A stretch of DNA of 64,000 bases from Corallococcus coralloides DSM 2259. GTDB taxonomy: Bacteria > Myxococcota > Myxococcia > Myxococcales > Myxococcaceae. The position numbers and the translations under genes were made by a program. Where the stretch lies: the NCBI RefSeq assembly GCF_000255295.1, contig NC_017030.1, positions 6,102,328 to 6,166,327 on the forward strand. Direction: 5' to 3'. The notes under the pieces were generated by a model. The model was not told the origin of the DNA, ran no database searches, and saw nothing but the letters and a program-made list of their open reading frames with translations. Shown here in pieces: positions 39,857-50,886 of this stretch; the first letter of the stretch is position 1; every line of letters starts with the position of its first letter.

Positions 39857-40606
39857 CTACCGCTTGACCTTGGCGAGGTATTCCTCGCGGGAGAAAACGC
39901 CCTTCTCGATGAGCAGCTCCACCATGGCCTTCAGCGCCGCGACCTCCTTGCGCTGGACCTCTTCCACGCTCTTGAGCAGCTCCGCGGGGCTGCCGGAGGC
40001 CGCTCGAGGCGCCTCCGCAGGGGGGGCCTGACGGGGAGGCGGCGCGGCGGCGGGCTTGGGGGACATGGCGACGGCGGCGGCCGGGTCCAGGTCCTTGAGG
40101 TTCTTCACGACGGTGCGGCCCTGCGCGTCCACCACCTTGAAGTTGGTGTCCGCGTCCTCCAGCTCCGCCGTCTCCTCGTAGAGGCGCGCGAACGCCCGCG
40201 CCACGGAGGTGCGCCCCGCCACGTTGGCCACGATGCGGCACTTGGACAGGGCCCGCAGCTCGTCCAGCACGCGCACGTTGAGCGGGTCCGACATGGCGAC
40301 GACCAGCGTCTTGCCGTCGTCGCGCAGCTGCAGCGGCACCACGGAGAAGTCGCGCGCCGTCTGGGCCGGAATCTTGGCCTTCACGTGCGGCGGGACCATC
40401 TGCACGGAGTCCAGGTTCACCGCCGGCATGCCCAGCTGCTTCGACAGGGCGCGCACGAGGATGTCCTCGGAGACGAGGTTCATCCGGACGAGGATCTCGC
40501 CCAGCTTCCCGCCCCACTTGGCCTGCTCGGCGAGCGCCGCCTTGAGCTGGCTCTCCTGCAGGACGTTCGCCTTGATCAGCAGTTCTCCAAGCTTGATCTG
40601 TGCCAT
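39857..40606 (-). CDS. MshEN (T2SSE N-terminal) domain protein
   Basis: T2SE_Nter domain with motif GKLGEILVRMNLVSEDILVRALSKQ. It is a paralog of the adjacent gene. Confidence 0.7.
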   Translation of the reverse strand: MAQIKLGELLIKANVLQESQLKAALAEQAKWGGKLGEILVRMNLVSEDILVRALSKQLGMPAVNLDSVQMVPPHVKAKIPAQTARDFSVVPLQLRDDGKTLVVAMSDPLNVRVLDELRALSKCRIVANVAGRTSVARAFARLYEETAELEDADTNFKVVDAQGRTVVKNLKDLDPAAAVAMSPKPAAAPPPRQAPPAEAPRAASGSPAELLKSVEEVQRKEVAALKAMVELLIEKGVFSREEYLAKVKR

Positions 40607-40665
40607 GTCGTGCGCGCCATAGTACCCGGTTTGCGCCGGGACGCTGCCTTTCGACGCCTGGAAGC

Positions 40666-41496
40666 TCAGGAACCCGGCGCGGGGGGCGGCTGAGACACCG
40701 GCCCCTCCGGGCGGACCTCCTGGCCCCGGGCATCGACGTCCACCACCTTCGCCCCCTCGGGCGCGCCCAGCTCGTAGAGCGTCAGGTCCGGGCGGCCGTT
40801 GAGGCGGATGTCCGTGTACTTCAGGTCCAGCTTGGTGCCCGCCGAGGCGGCGACCAGGTGCACCTTGTTGGGAAAGAGCTGGTCGTCCCGCAGCTCGAAG
40901 TCCTCGAACGCCAGGTCGTAGCCCGGCACGCCCCGGACCTCGCTCTTCACCACGCGCAGGTGCTTGGGATCCACGCGCAGTGTCTGCGTGGCCGGGCCCC
41001 GCTGGAGCTTGAGCACGTACACGCGCTCCTTCTCGTCCAGCTCCAGGGTCATGGACTCCGGCGGCAGGAGGGGGACCTGCCCCAGCATCACCGCCACCAG
41101 CTCCTCGCTCGGCAGGACGACAGGCAGGAAGCGGGACACGTTCTCCGCGCTGGCCGGGCCCTGGAGGTACGTGTTCTGCCCCGCCTGGTAGATGCCGAAG
41201 CGCTCACCATTGGAGACGAGCGAGGCCACCGGGCGGTTGAAGAAGTCGTACGTCTCCAGGTGGATGAGGGCCGGGCGGGTGATGGAGAGGTACGTGGAGA
41301 GCGTGCCGCTGCCCTGGGGCGAGTCCACGTGCAGCTTGGCGTCACCCTCCAGGTTCACGACCTTCGCCTGCCGCTCGCGCACGTGCTGGTAGAGCGTCTG
41401 GGCGTCCTCGATGCGGCCCTCCGGACCGAACTCGAGACGTTTGGGGCAGGCCGAACAGAGGAGGACCAGGAAGATTGCGGCGGCTGCGCGGTTCAT
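40666..41496 (-). CDS. DUF4292 (LolB-like) outer-membrane lipoprotein
   Basis: Signal peptide with lipobox (LLCSAC). The size and beta-rich pattern fit the DUF4292/LolB-like fold; the assignment is tentative. Confidence 0.55.
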   Translation of the reverse strand: MNRAAAAIFLVLLCSACPKRLEFGPEGRIEDAQTLYQHVRERQAKVVNLEGDAKLHVDSPQGSGTLSTYLSITRPALIHLETYDFFNRPVASLVSNGERFGIYQAGQNTYLQGPASAENVSRFLPVVLPSEELVAVMLGQVPLLPPESMTLELDEKERVYVLKLQRGPATQTLRVDPKHLRVVKSEVRGVPGYDLAFEDFELRDDQLFPNKVHLVAASAGTKLDLKYTDIRLNGRPDLTLYELGAPEGAKVVDVDARGQEVRPEGPVSQPPPAPGS

Positions 41497-41538
41497 ATGT
41501 CCTAGTGTGAGCCAGGGCCGCCTGCCCGGTCATCCATC

Positions 41539-42258
41539 ATGAGCCTGAACGATCTACTTCATTACCTTCGCCTGGGCGGCGTCACCCTCGCCCTCCTCCT
41601 GGGCGCCTCCGTGGTGGCCCTGGGCGTGGCCATCGAGCGGCTCATCGCCCTCTGGGGCGTGAGCGAGCGCTCCCGCAACCTGGGGGAGATCGTCCAGAAG
41701 CACCTCCTCCGGGGGGACATGGCCGCCGCCCGCACCGCCGCCGAGCGCTCCGACGCCGTGGCGGCCGACATCTTCCTCGCCGGGTTCGACCGCTGGGAGC
41801 GCTCCCGCTCCACGGGCGGCAACGGCATCGAGACCGCCGTGGAGCGCGAGCGCGCCCAGGTGGGGCTCAAGCTGCGGCGCAACCTGTGGCTGCTCGCCAC
41901 CATCGGTTCGACGACGCCCTTCGTGGGCCTCTTCGGCACCGTGGCCGGCATCATGCGCTCCTTCAAGGACCTGGGCGTGGACGTGGAGGCCGGCGGCACC
42001 GGCGGCTCCGCGGCCGTGATGACGGGCATCTCCGAGGCGCTCGTCGCCACCGCCGTGGGCATCCTCGTCGCCGTGCAGGCGATGGTCTTCTACAACTACT
42101 TCCAGGCCCGGCTGTCCCGCGTGCTGGTGGAGCTGCGCCTGTTGGGCGACGAGTTCGCGGAGGTCCTCAAGGAGCGCTCCGCCGGCGGCCCTCTGCCGGA
42201 AACCACACAGCCCCCGCGCGAGAGCGCCACGCCCCCGGCTCCGCAGCCCGCCCCGTAA
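41539..42258 (+). CDS. MotA/TolQ/ExbB proton channel family protein
   Basis: Three TM helices and the conserved TolQ/ExbB C-terminal helix pattern (GLFGTVAGIMRSF...AVGILVAV). Confidence 0.8.
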   Translation: MSLNDLLHYLRLGGVTLALLLGASVVALGVAIERLIALWGVSERSRNLGEIVQKHLLRGDMAAARTAAERSDAVAADIFLAGFDRWERSRSTGGNGIETAVERERAQVGLKLRRNLWLLATIGSTTPFVGLFGTVAGIMRSFKDLGVDVEAGGTGGSAAVMTGISEALVATAVGILVAVQAMVFYNYFQARLSRVLVELRLLGDEFAEVLKERSAGGPLPETTQPPRESATPPAPQPAP

Positions 42259-42273
42259 GGAGACACGCCCACC

Positions 42274-42729
42274 ATGGCCATGGGAAAGACGCCCGGCTCG
42301 GGCGACGACGAGGTGGAGGGCGCGGGCTTCGCGGAGATCAACATCACGCCGCTGACGGACGTGATGCTCGTGCTGCTCATCATCTTCATGGTGACCAGCT
42401 CGGTCATCACCCAGCAGGGCCCGGGCGGCGGCGCCAAGGCGGGCCTCAAGGTGAACCTGCCCAAGGGCGGCGCCGCGGACGTCACCGCGCGCACCACGGA
42501 CCTGTCCGTGGCGGTGCTGGCGGATGGCCGCTTCGTGCTCGCGGGCAACGTCGTCGCGGAGGCCGAGCTCAAGCAGGCCTTCGACGCCGCGAAGAACCAG
42601 AACCCCGACACCGTGGTGATTGTCCAGGCGGACGAAGGCGTCCCCCACGGCACCGTGGTGCAGGTGATGGAGCTGGCGAAGAAGGCCGGCCTCGCGCAGC
42701 TGGCCATCGGCGTGCGCGAAGGAAACTAA
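42274..42729 (+). CDS. ExbD/TolR biopolymer transport protein
   Basis: Single N-terminal TM helix (LTDVMLVLLIIFMV) followed by the ExbD periplasmic domain. Confidence 0.8.
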   Translation: MAMGKTPGSGDDEVEGAGFAEINITPLTDVMLVLLIIFMVTSSVITQQGPGGGAKAGLKVNLPKGGAADVTARTTDLSVAVLADGRFVLAGNVVAEAELKQAFDAAKNQNPDTVVIVQADEGVPHGTVVQVMELAKKAGLAQLAIGVREGN

Positions 42730-42732
42730 GCA

Positions 42733-42767
42733 AAAGGCCCCCCGGCGCATGTGCCGGAGGGCCCTTC
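42733..42767. terminator. Bidirectional rho-independent terminator between exbD (+) and the acyl-CoA dehydrogenase gene (-)
   Basis: GC-rich hairpin AAGGCCCCCCGGC-gcatgt-GCCGGAGGGCCCTT. A U-tract on the minus strand (UUUUGCUUAGUUU) follows; the T-run on the plus strand is weaker. Confidence 0.5.
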
Positions 42768-42792
42768 TCACATCAGTTGCTCGAGCCGGGGC

Positions 42793-44637
<1,845 letters not shown>

Positions 44638-44733
44638 GGCCACTCCTGCGTAGGGGCTCGCTGCCTGCCTGCTTCCCGCAGGGCGGGAAAAAGTAAGGGT
44701 CAGCGGCCCATGTGACGCAGGAAGTGTGGCGTC

Positions 44734-44749
44734 GACTGATTTTTGAGTC
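44734..44749. promoter_or_regulatory. Imperfect inverted repeat GACTGA-TTTT-TGAGTC in an AT-rich island upstream of the acyl-CoA dehydrogenase gene; putative operator
   Basis: It sits in the 198-nt intergenic region 44638..44835 and overlaps a TTGACT -35-like hexamer on the minus strand. Confidence 0.25.
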
Positions 44750-44835
44750 AACCCAAGATGACACCCCGCGTTGACGAGCGGTCGAAGCCGCCCTTCTCGA
44801 ACGCGGGATTTCGCCTTGGAACGCCCCTGGAAAGC

Positions 44836-45540
44836 CTACTTCTTGGCCTTCTTCGCGGCCGGGAGGGACGCCGTCTTGGCTGCCGGCTTCTCCCGGGGGG
44901 CGGTCTTCTTGGACGAGGCGCCGGAGCGGGGCTCGTCCGTCTCCTCGTCATCGTCCTCGTCGTCCTCGTCCCGGTCGCGTTCCGGGGCGGCGGGCGGCGG
45001 AGCGCTGGTGGCGGCTTCCGGGGCGGCGGGCGCCGGGACGACCAGGCTCTCGCGCGGCACCTCCACCACGATGGGGGACTGGCCGGAGCGCTGTCGGTTC
45101 TCGTCCTCCAGCGAGTAGAAGAGCTGGATCTGCGAGCCGCCCTTCATGACGAGCTCGCCCTTCTGGTTCTCCGCCCAGAGGTCGATTTCGACGAAGTACC
45201 GGCCGCCGGAGCCGTGGCGGTCGCTCACGCGGCCCTTGCAGACCACGGTGTCGCCCGGCCACACCATCTTGATGAAGCGGACGTTGTAGCGCCGCAGCTG
45301 GCCGCCGCGGGCCCAGTCGCTGATGAGCTGGCCCAACATGCCCATGACGAGCATGCCGGGGGCGTAGACGGACGGCATGCCCACGCTCTTGGCGTAGAGC
45401 TCGTCCACGTGCACGGGGTTGTAGTCGCCGGAGGCGCCCGCGTAGCGCGACAGCTGGACGCGGTCCACCGGGGCCTTGGCCAGCGCCGGCAGCTCGTCAC
45501 CGACGCGGATGGATTCGAAGTAGAGCTTGCGCGCGGGCAT
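44836..45540 (-). CDS. MaoC-like (R)-specific enoyl-CoA hydratase, hot-dog fold, with an acidic then Lys/Ala-rich C-terminal tail
   Basis: MaoC dehydratase motif YAGASGDYNPVHVD. The tail reads EDDEDDDEETDE...AAKTASLPAAKKAKK. Confidence 0.8.
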   Translation of the reverse strand: MPARKLYFESIRVGDELPALAKAPVDRVQLSRYAGASGDYNPVHVDELYAKSVGMPSVYAPGMLVMGMLGQLISDWARGGQLRRYNVRFIKMVWPGDTVVCKGRVSDRHGSGGRYFVEIDLWAENQKGELVMKGGSQIQLFYSLEDENRQRSGQSPIVVEVPRESLVVPAPAAPEAATSAPPPAAPERDRDEDDEDDDEETDEPRSGASSKKTAPREKPAAKTASLPAAKKAKK

Positions 45541-45989
45541 CAGGCGTTCTCCTTGGCGGCACGCACCACGAGGGTCCGGCGGGCGCGGAAGACGAGGTTG
45601 CCCTCTTCGTCCCGGCCTTCGTCCTCGATGACCGCGATGTCCATCTTGCCGGACATGCCCGGCCGCTCGAAGACGTCCGACACGCGGGTGGACACGTAGA
45701 TGCGGTCCCCCGCGAAGATGGGCCGCTCGTAGTCGAAGCCCTGCTCGGCGTGCAGCAGGCTCTTGATGCCCACCCCCAACAGCTCCCGGAGGTCCGCGGC
45801 GGAATGGAACGACGCGGGGAACGTGGGCGGCGCGACGATGGTGGGGTAGCCCGAGGCGCGGGCGTACTCCTCATCGTAGTAGATGGGATTGTAGTCGCCG
45901 ATTGCCTCGGCGAAGCGCCGGATGGCGCCCTTCTCCACCTCGTTGAGCGTCGGCGGCGAGGCGCGGCCAATCGCGTTCTTGTCCAGCAT
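45540..45989 (-). CDS. MaoC-like N-terminal hot-dog domain protein, partner subunit of the hydratase
   Basis: Hot-dog fold (FAEAIGDYNPIYYDEEYARASGY). ATGA overlap with the downstream MaoC gene. Confidence 0.75.
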   Translation of the reverse strand: MLDKNAIGRASPPTLNEVEKGAIRRFAEAIGDYNPIYYDEEYARASGYPTIVAPPTFPASFHSAADLRELLGVGIKSLLHAEQGFDYERPIFAGDRIYVSTRVSDVFERPGMSGKMDIAVIEDEGRDEEGNLVFRARRTLVVRAAKENA

Positions 45990-46009
45990 TTCCCTCTCCT
46001 GATGAGTCT

Positions 46010-47011
46010 TCAGCGTCCTGACGGAAGCTCGAGCACCGTCAGGAGCCCGGCCTCCGCGGCCGTCAAACGTGGCGCGGCATTCACCAGCGCGTTCGCGGTG
46101 GCCCGGTCGCCCGCCACTCCCCCCGGTATCTCCAGCACCAGCTTGGGATCCGCGTCGATCTCAATGCGATCCCGTGGGTTGTCCGCCCCTACCGCGATGG
46201 TCAGCTCCAGGCGGACCCGCTCCTGCCCCTCCTCCAAACCCACCACGGACTGGAACATGCCCGCGACGCGGCCTTTCTTCACGACAAATGCGCCGCCGGT
46301 GATGTCCTCCTCGGCGAACACGGGAGTCACTTCCTCCTCGAAGTCGTCACAATCCAGGCCCAGCCCCACCGCCGCCAGCGCCGCGGACTCCACCAGCCCC
46401 ACGTGGCCCAGCTCCTCGCGGTCCACCAGGTCGAAGAACTCCTCCTCCGTCAGGCCCGCGCCCACCTTGCGCTGCAGGGCCTCACGGCGCGTGCGGGCGT
46501 CCACCACGCGGCTGGCCAGCACCTTGCGCACGGGGCCGCACACCTGACCGGCGGTGGCCACCAGGCGGTCCAGCACGAAGCCCGGGTTCACGCCCGTGCC
46601 CACGATGGCGACGCCCGCCTTCTCCGCGGCGCGCTCCAGCTTCTCCGCCAGCTCCGGGTACTTGAGGTGGGGGAACGCCAGCTCCTCGCAGGTGCTGGCC
46701 ACCGGAAGGCCCAGCTTCAGCGCGTCCAGCAGCTGATCCATCACCTGGGCGAGCCGCGAGCTGGTGGCGTGCAGCACCACCACGCCCTTGCGGCGCCCCA
46801 CGGCCTTCTCCAGCGAGTCCGCGACCTTGAAGCGCGGGCCGGCCTGCCCCAGCACGTCGCCCAGGGGACGACCCACCAGGGAGGGCTGCGAGTCCACCGC
46901 GCCCATCAGCTCTACTTCGGGGGACGACAGGGCTGCCCTGGCAATCTCCTGCCCGATGAACCCCAGCCCCATCACCACCACCGGCACCGGCCCATCAGGG
47001 GCTCTAGCCAT
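46010..47011 (-). CDS. NAD(P)-binding oxidoreductase, dihydrodipicolinate-reductase-like / amine-dehydrogenase family
   Basis: Rossmann motif VVVMGLGFIGQ and DapB-like topology. The exact family was not resolved. Confidence 0.6.
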   Translation of the reverse strand: MARAPDGPVPVVVMGLGFIGQEIARAALSSPEVELMGAVDSQPSLVGRPLGDVLGQAGPRFKVADSLEKAVGRRKGVVVLHATSSRLAQVMDQLLDALKLGLPVASTCEELAFPHLKYPELAEKLERAAEKAGVAIVGTGVNPGFVLDRLVATAGQVCGPVRKVLASRVVDARTRREALQRKVGAGLTEEEFFDLVDREELGHVGLVESAALAAVGLGLDCDDFEEEVTPVFAEEDITGGAFVVKKGRVAGMFQSVVGLEEGQERVRLELTIAVGADNPRDRIEIDADPKLVLEIPGGVAGDRATANALVNAAPRLTAAEAGLLTVLELPSGR

Positions 47012-47257
47012 CGGAGATTGCTCCCGAATTCCAAGGGGTTACAGCCATTTACGTTGGGTAGGAGGCCACCATAGAACACGGCTCGACGGGCAGGCAAGCA
47101 GGACGTGGAGTCCCGCGACCGCCCGTTAGGGGGAAAGTTCAAGAATTCCGGTAGTTTGGCGGCACTGGAAAGCTTGGGGGGGCCTGTTTGCCCGTATGTG
47201 GACCAGCTATAAGAGACTGAGAAAAACGCAGCCCACTCGCTCGGAGCGTATCAGCCC

Positions 47258-48379
47258 ATGGCCCGAATCCTCGTGGTGGACGACGACGTGCTCATCCTCG
47301 CGGCGCTGTCCCGGATCCTCCACGCGGAGGGTTACGAGGTCGTGACACACAGCGACCCGGTGGTGGCGGCGCGGGAGCAGGGGTTCGACGTCGTCCTGAC
47401 GGACTTCATGATGCCGTACCTCAACGGCATCGAGCTGTTGTCGGCACTGCGGGAGAAGAACCCTCGCGCGGTGCGGCTGATGCTGACGGCGGCGGCGGAC
47501 TTCAAGACGGCGTCGGAGGCGGTGAACCGGGGCGAGGTCTTCCGGCTTCTGGGCAAGCCGTGGGCGCTGAGCGAGCTGACCAGCAGTGTGCGGCAGGCCA
47601 TCGAGCACCACCGGCTGGTGGCGGCCAACGAGCGGCTGACTCGCGAGGTCGCGGAGAAGAACGCGGAGCTCCTGGCCATCAACGAGGGCCTGGAGCGCCG
47701 GGTCATCGAGCGCACCACGGGACTCCTGGACGGGCTGATCAGCGCGCTGGACTACCGCGACACGGAGACGCAGTGGCACTCGCGGCGCGTGTCGCTGTAC
47801 GCGCGGCGGCTGGCGCAGGAGATCGGCCTCACCGGCCCGGCGCTGGACGTGGTGGAACAGGGCGCGCTCCTGCACGACATCGGGAAGATTGGCGTGCGGG
47901 ACTCCATCCTGCTCAAGCCCGGGCCGCTCACGCCGGACGAGTGGGTGGAGATGAAGCTGCACCCGGAGTTCGGCTACCGGATGCTGGCGAAGATGCCGTA
48001 CCTGCACGAGGCGGCGCTCATCGTCCTGCAGCACCAGGAGCGCTGGGACGGCAAGGGCTATCCGCTGGGGCTCAAGGGCGAGGAGATCGTCATCGGGGCA
48101 CGCATCTTCTGCCTCGTGGACACGCTGGACGCCATCACCTCCGACCGGCCCTATCGCAAGGGGCGCCCCATGAGCGTGGCGCGCGACGAGGTCCGCCGCT
48201 GCGCGGGCACGCAGTTCGACCCGATGCTCGCGGAGGCGTTCCTCGGTCTGCCGGAGACGGAGTGGGCCCGCATCCGCCGTGAGGTGGAGGTGATGGAGGA
48301 GGCGGAGAGCCACCGCTGGACGGGCGCGAAGCTCAACGCCCAGGGCGAGCCCGTGCCCGCGCGCGCCGCCGGGGCCTGA
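47258..48379 (+). CDS. Response regulator with HD-GYP domain (c-di-GMP phosphodiesterase type)
   Basis: Receiver domain (phospho-acceptor D in VVLTDFMMPYLNG) plus an HD-GYP domain (HDIGK, GYP in WDGKGYPLG). Confidence 0.85.
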   Translation: MARILVVDDDVLILAALSRILHAEGYEVVTHSDPVVAAREQGFDVVLTDFMMPYLNGIELLSALREKNPRAVRLMLTAAADFKTASEAVNRGEVFRLLGKPWALSELTSSVRQAIEHHRLVAANERLTREVAEKNAELLAINEGLERRVIERTTGLLDGLISALDYRDTETQWHSRRVSLYARRLAQEIGLTGPALDVVEQGALLHDIGKIGVRDSILLKPGPLTPDEWVEMKLHPEFGYRMLAKMPYLHEAALIVLQHQERWDGKGYPLGLKGEEIVIGARIFCLVDTLDAITSDRPYRKGRPMSVARDEVRRCAGTQFDPMLAEAFLGLPETEWARIRREVEVMEEAESHRWTGAKLNAQGEPVPARAAGA

Positions 48380-48396
48380 CGCGCGAGGGGCCCGCC

Positions 48397-50493
48397 TCAG
48401 GGGGCGCGGGTGCCGACGATGACGTCGTCGATGATCGTGCCCTCCAGGAGCGCGTCCACGACGTCCATGCCTTGAATCACTTCACCGAAGGCCGTGTAGC
48501 GACCGTCCAGATGGGGCTGCGGTGAATGCGTGAAGAAGAACTGGCTGCCGCCGGTGTCCTTGCCCGACAGCGCCATCCCCACCGTGCCCCGCGCATACGG
48601 CCGGCGCGTCATCTCGCAGCGGATGGAGTAACCGGGGCCGCCCTCCCCGTCTCCGCGCGGATCCCCGCCCTGCGCGACGAAGTCCGGCACCACGCGGTGG
48701 AAGGTGATGCCGCGGAAGTAGCCCTGCTTCGCGAGCGCCATCAGGTTGCCGCCCGTGAGCGGCGCGTCCGGATCCAACAGGACGGTGATGTCGCCCTTGC
48801 GCGTGCGCAGCGTGAGCGTCGTGCCCGGGGGCGCGGCCGGCGGACGGTACGTCTCCGGAGGCAGCTCCACGCGGGCGGAGCGGACTGGCGCGCCCGTGAG
48901 AGACGTGAGGGACTCGGCCGCGACCCGGCGCACGTTCGCGTGTGGATGCGTCAGCCATTCGCGCAGGCGGGGTTCCGCTGCCTGCCCCTGCAACGCGACG
49001 AGCGCGCCGGCCACCGCCTCCGCCAGGTCCGGCTCCTTGGGGACGCGGTCGGCCAGGGCCTGCACCGCGGTCAGGGCTTCTGCGTCCTTCAGCTTGCCGG
49101 CGGCGGCCGCGGCCAGCCCCGCCACCACCGCGTCCCCTCCTCCGATGAGCGCGCGAATGGGCGCCATCGCTTCGGGCACGGGGCGTTCGGAGAGGGCGTC
49201 CAGCGCGGCGCCGCGCACGATGGGGCTCACGTGGTTCAGGTAGGGCACCGCGAACGCAGCGCCGGTGGGCTGCCCCTTGAACTGCGCCACCTCGTGCAAT
49301 CCCAGCGCGAGTGAACGGGCTTCGGGGACGCGGCCGTAGCCGCACTGGAGGACCTGCTCCAGCGTGCCCAGCTGTCGGTCCATCGCCGCCGCGAAACGGC
49401 AGTCCAGCCAGGCGAGGTCCGCGTGGGCTTCGTCGGACACGGCGGTGCGGTCTGCCTCCGCCAGCGCACTCCTCATGCGCGACAACACCGGCCGGCCCTG
49501 GAGCGGAAGTCCCTGCTGTGCCACCGCCAGCAACGCGTGGCCCTGCGCCGCCTTTCCCTCCGCGACCTGCTTCGCCCGGTACACCTGGCCTTCCAGCGCG
49601 AGCAGCGGATGACAGGGCGAGCCGGCCTCGCACTTCGCGGCGACCTTCGCCAGCGCACGCGCCGCCTCCGCCGACACGCGGGGCGTGGCGTCGCCCAGCG
49701 ACAGGTTCAGCGCCACCCAGTCCCGCGGGCTGCCCACATCGCCCAGGCCCTTCACGCAGAGGGCCATCACATCCGGATGCCCGTTCGCCAGACAGGATTG
49801 GAGCGCATCCACGGCGTCCGGCCGCTTCGACGCCGCCAGGAGGTACGCCCCGGCGAGGTTCACCTCGCTCCGCTCGCGGGGCTTCAGCAGCGCGCGGATC
49901 GTCTCCAGGGGGATGTTCGCCACGGCCGCTGCTCCGGCCTTGCGCGCGGCCACGCCCAGCGCCGTCGCCGCGGCCTCGGACCAGGGGCCACTGGCCGGAG
50001 AAAGCCGGGCCGTCAGCACCTCCACCGCGCCGGGCGTGGCCAGCTTGCCCAGGGATTCCAGCAGCGTGATGCGCACCCAGCCGTCGGCTTCCGTGGCCTC
50101 GGCGCGCACCAGCGCTTCCGTGAGCGCCGCCCGTGCATCCTCCGGCAGCGGCTCCCACGACTGCGCCAGCTCACCCGCCGCGAAGGCGGCCTCGTCGCGC
50201 ACGGCCTTGTCCGGCGCCGTCAGCCCGGAGAGGACGGTGTCCAACGTCGCCACGTCCTGGATGCGCGCCAGGGCCCGGAAGGCTCGCACGCGCACGGCCA
50301 CTTCCGGCGCGGCGGTGGCGAGCCGCACGAGCTCACCGCCTCCCATCGAGCGGCGGTCCTCCCAGTCCTGGATCCGCGCGATGACCTCGGAGGGCTCGAC
50401 CTGGGGCGGAGGCACGTCGGGCGTCGGCACCGAGCGCACACAGGCGCTCACGAGGAGGAAACCGGCGGACACGGCGGCGGGCAGGCGGGCCAT
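48397..50493 (-). CDS. Lipoprotein with HEAT/ARM-like repeats and a C-terminal cyclophilin-type peptidyl-prolyl isomerase domain
   Basis: Signal peptide with lipobox (FLLVSAC), HEAT-like repeats, and a cyclophilin C-terminus (FHRVVPDFVAQGGDP...GSQFFFTHSPQPHLDGRYTAFG). The start is internal to the ORF 48397..52077. Confidence 0.75.
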   Translation of the reverse strand: MARLPAAVSAGFLLVSACVRSVPTPDVPPPQVEPSEVIARIQDWEDRRSMGGGELVRLATAAPEVAVRVRAFRALARIQDVATLDTVLSGLTAPDKAVRDEAAFAAGELAQSWEPLPEDARAALTEALVRAEATEADGWVRITLLESLGKLATPGAVEVLTARLSPASGPWSEAAATALGVAARKAGAAAVANIPLETIRALLKPRERSEVNLAGAYLLAASKRPDAVDALQSCLANGHPDVMALCVKGLGDVGSPRDWVALNLSLGDATPRVSAEAARALAKVAAKCEAGSPCHPLLALEGQVYRAKQVAEGKAAQGHALLAVAQQGLPLQGRPVLSRMRSALAEADRTAVSDEAHADLAWLDCRFAAAMDRQLGTLEQVLQCGYGRVPEARSLALGLHEVAQFKGQPTGAAFAVPYLNHVSPIVRGAALDALSERPVPEAMAPIRALIGGGDAVVAGLAAAAAGKLKDAEALTAVQALADRVPKEPDLAEAVAGALVALQGQAAEPRLREWLTHPHANVRRVAAESLTSLTGAPVRSARVELPPETYRPPAAPPGTTLTLRTRKGDITVLLDPDAPLTGGNLMALAKQGYFRGITFHRVVPDFVAQGGDPRGDGEGGPGYSIRCEMTRRPYARGTVGMALSGKDTGGSQFFFTHSPQPHLDGRYTAFGEVIQGMDVVDALLEGTIIDDVIVGTRAP

Positions 50494-50886
50494 GCTCGAA
50501 TTGGCTAGGTCAATTCCCCGCGAAAATCCAGGGGTTATGCCGCTGAACAGGTTTGACAGCCGCGCGCCGGGGCCGGGAAGATATCGGGCCGTTTCCCCCC
50601 TCCCGGAGCACCGGCCCTGAACTGCCCAGGCTGCAATCGCAAGGTCGCGGAAGACACCGCCATCTGCCCCCACTGCGACCACATCATCGACGAGTCCTTC
50701 CTTGGGGGAACCGGGGATGAGGGGAACTCCGGCGGTGAGGACGAGAGCACCGGCATCCGTCCTCCGCCGCGCTCGCGGCCCCCTCCGGCCCGCGCGGCTC
50801 CGGAGCCTCGTGCACGCCCTGCTCCGGCCCGCGCCAGGACGGGCGCCCGCCCCGCCGCGCCGCCGCCGAGCGACGACGCCACCAAC

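Noticed and set aside
47012-47257. Possible sigma-54 promoter (TTTGGCGGCACTGGAAAGCTTGG) and duplicated GAATTCC heptamers in the divergent region upstream of the HD-GYP regulator
   Set aside because: The GG and GC elements cannot be placed at the canonical -24/-12 spacing. The heptamer repeat is too short to assess without comparative data.
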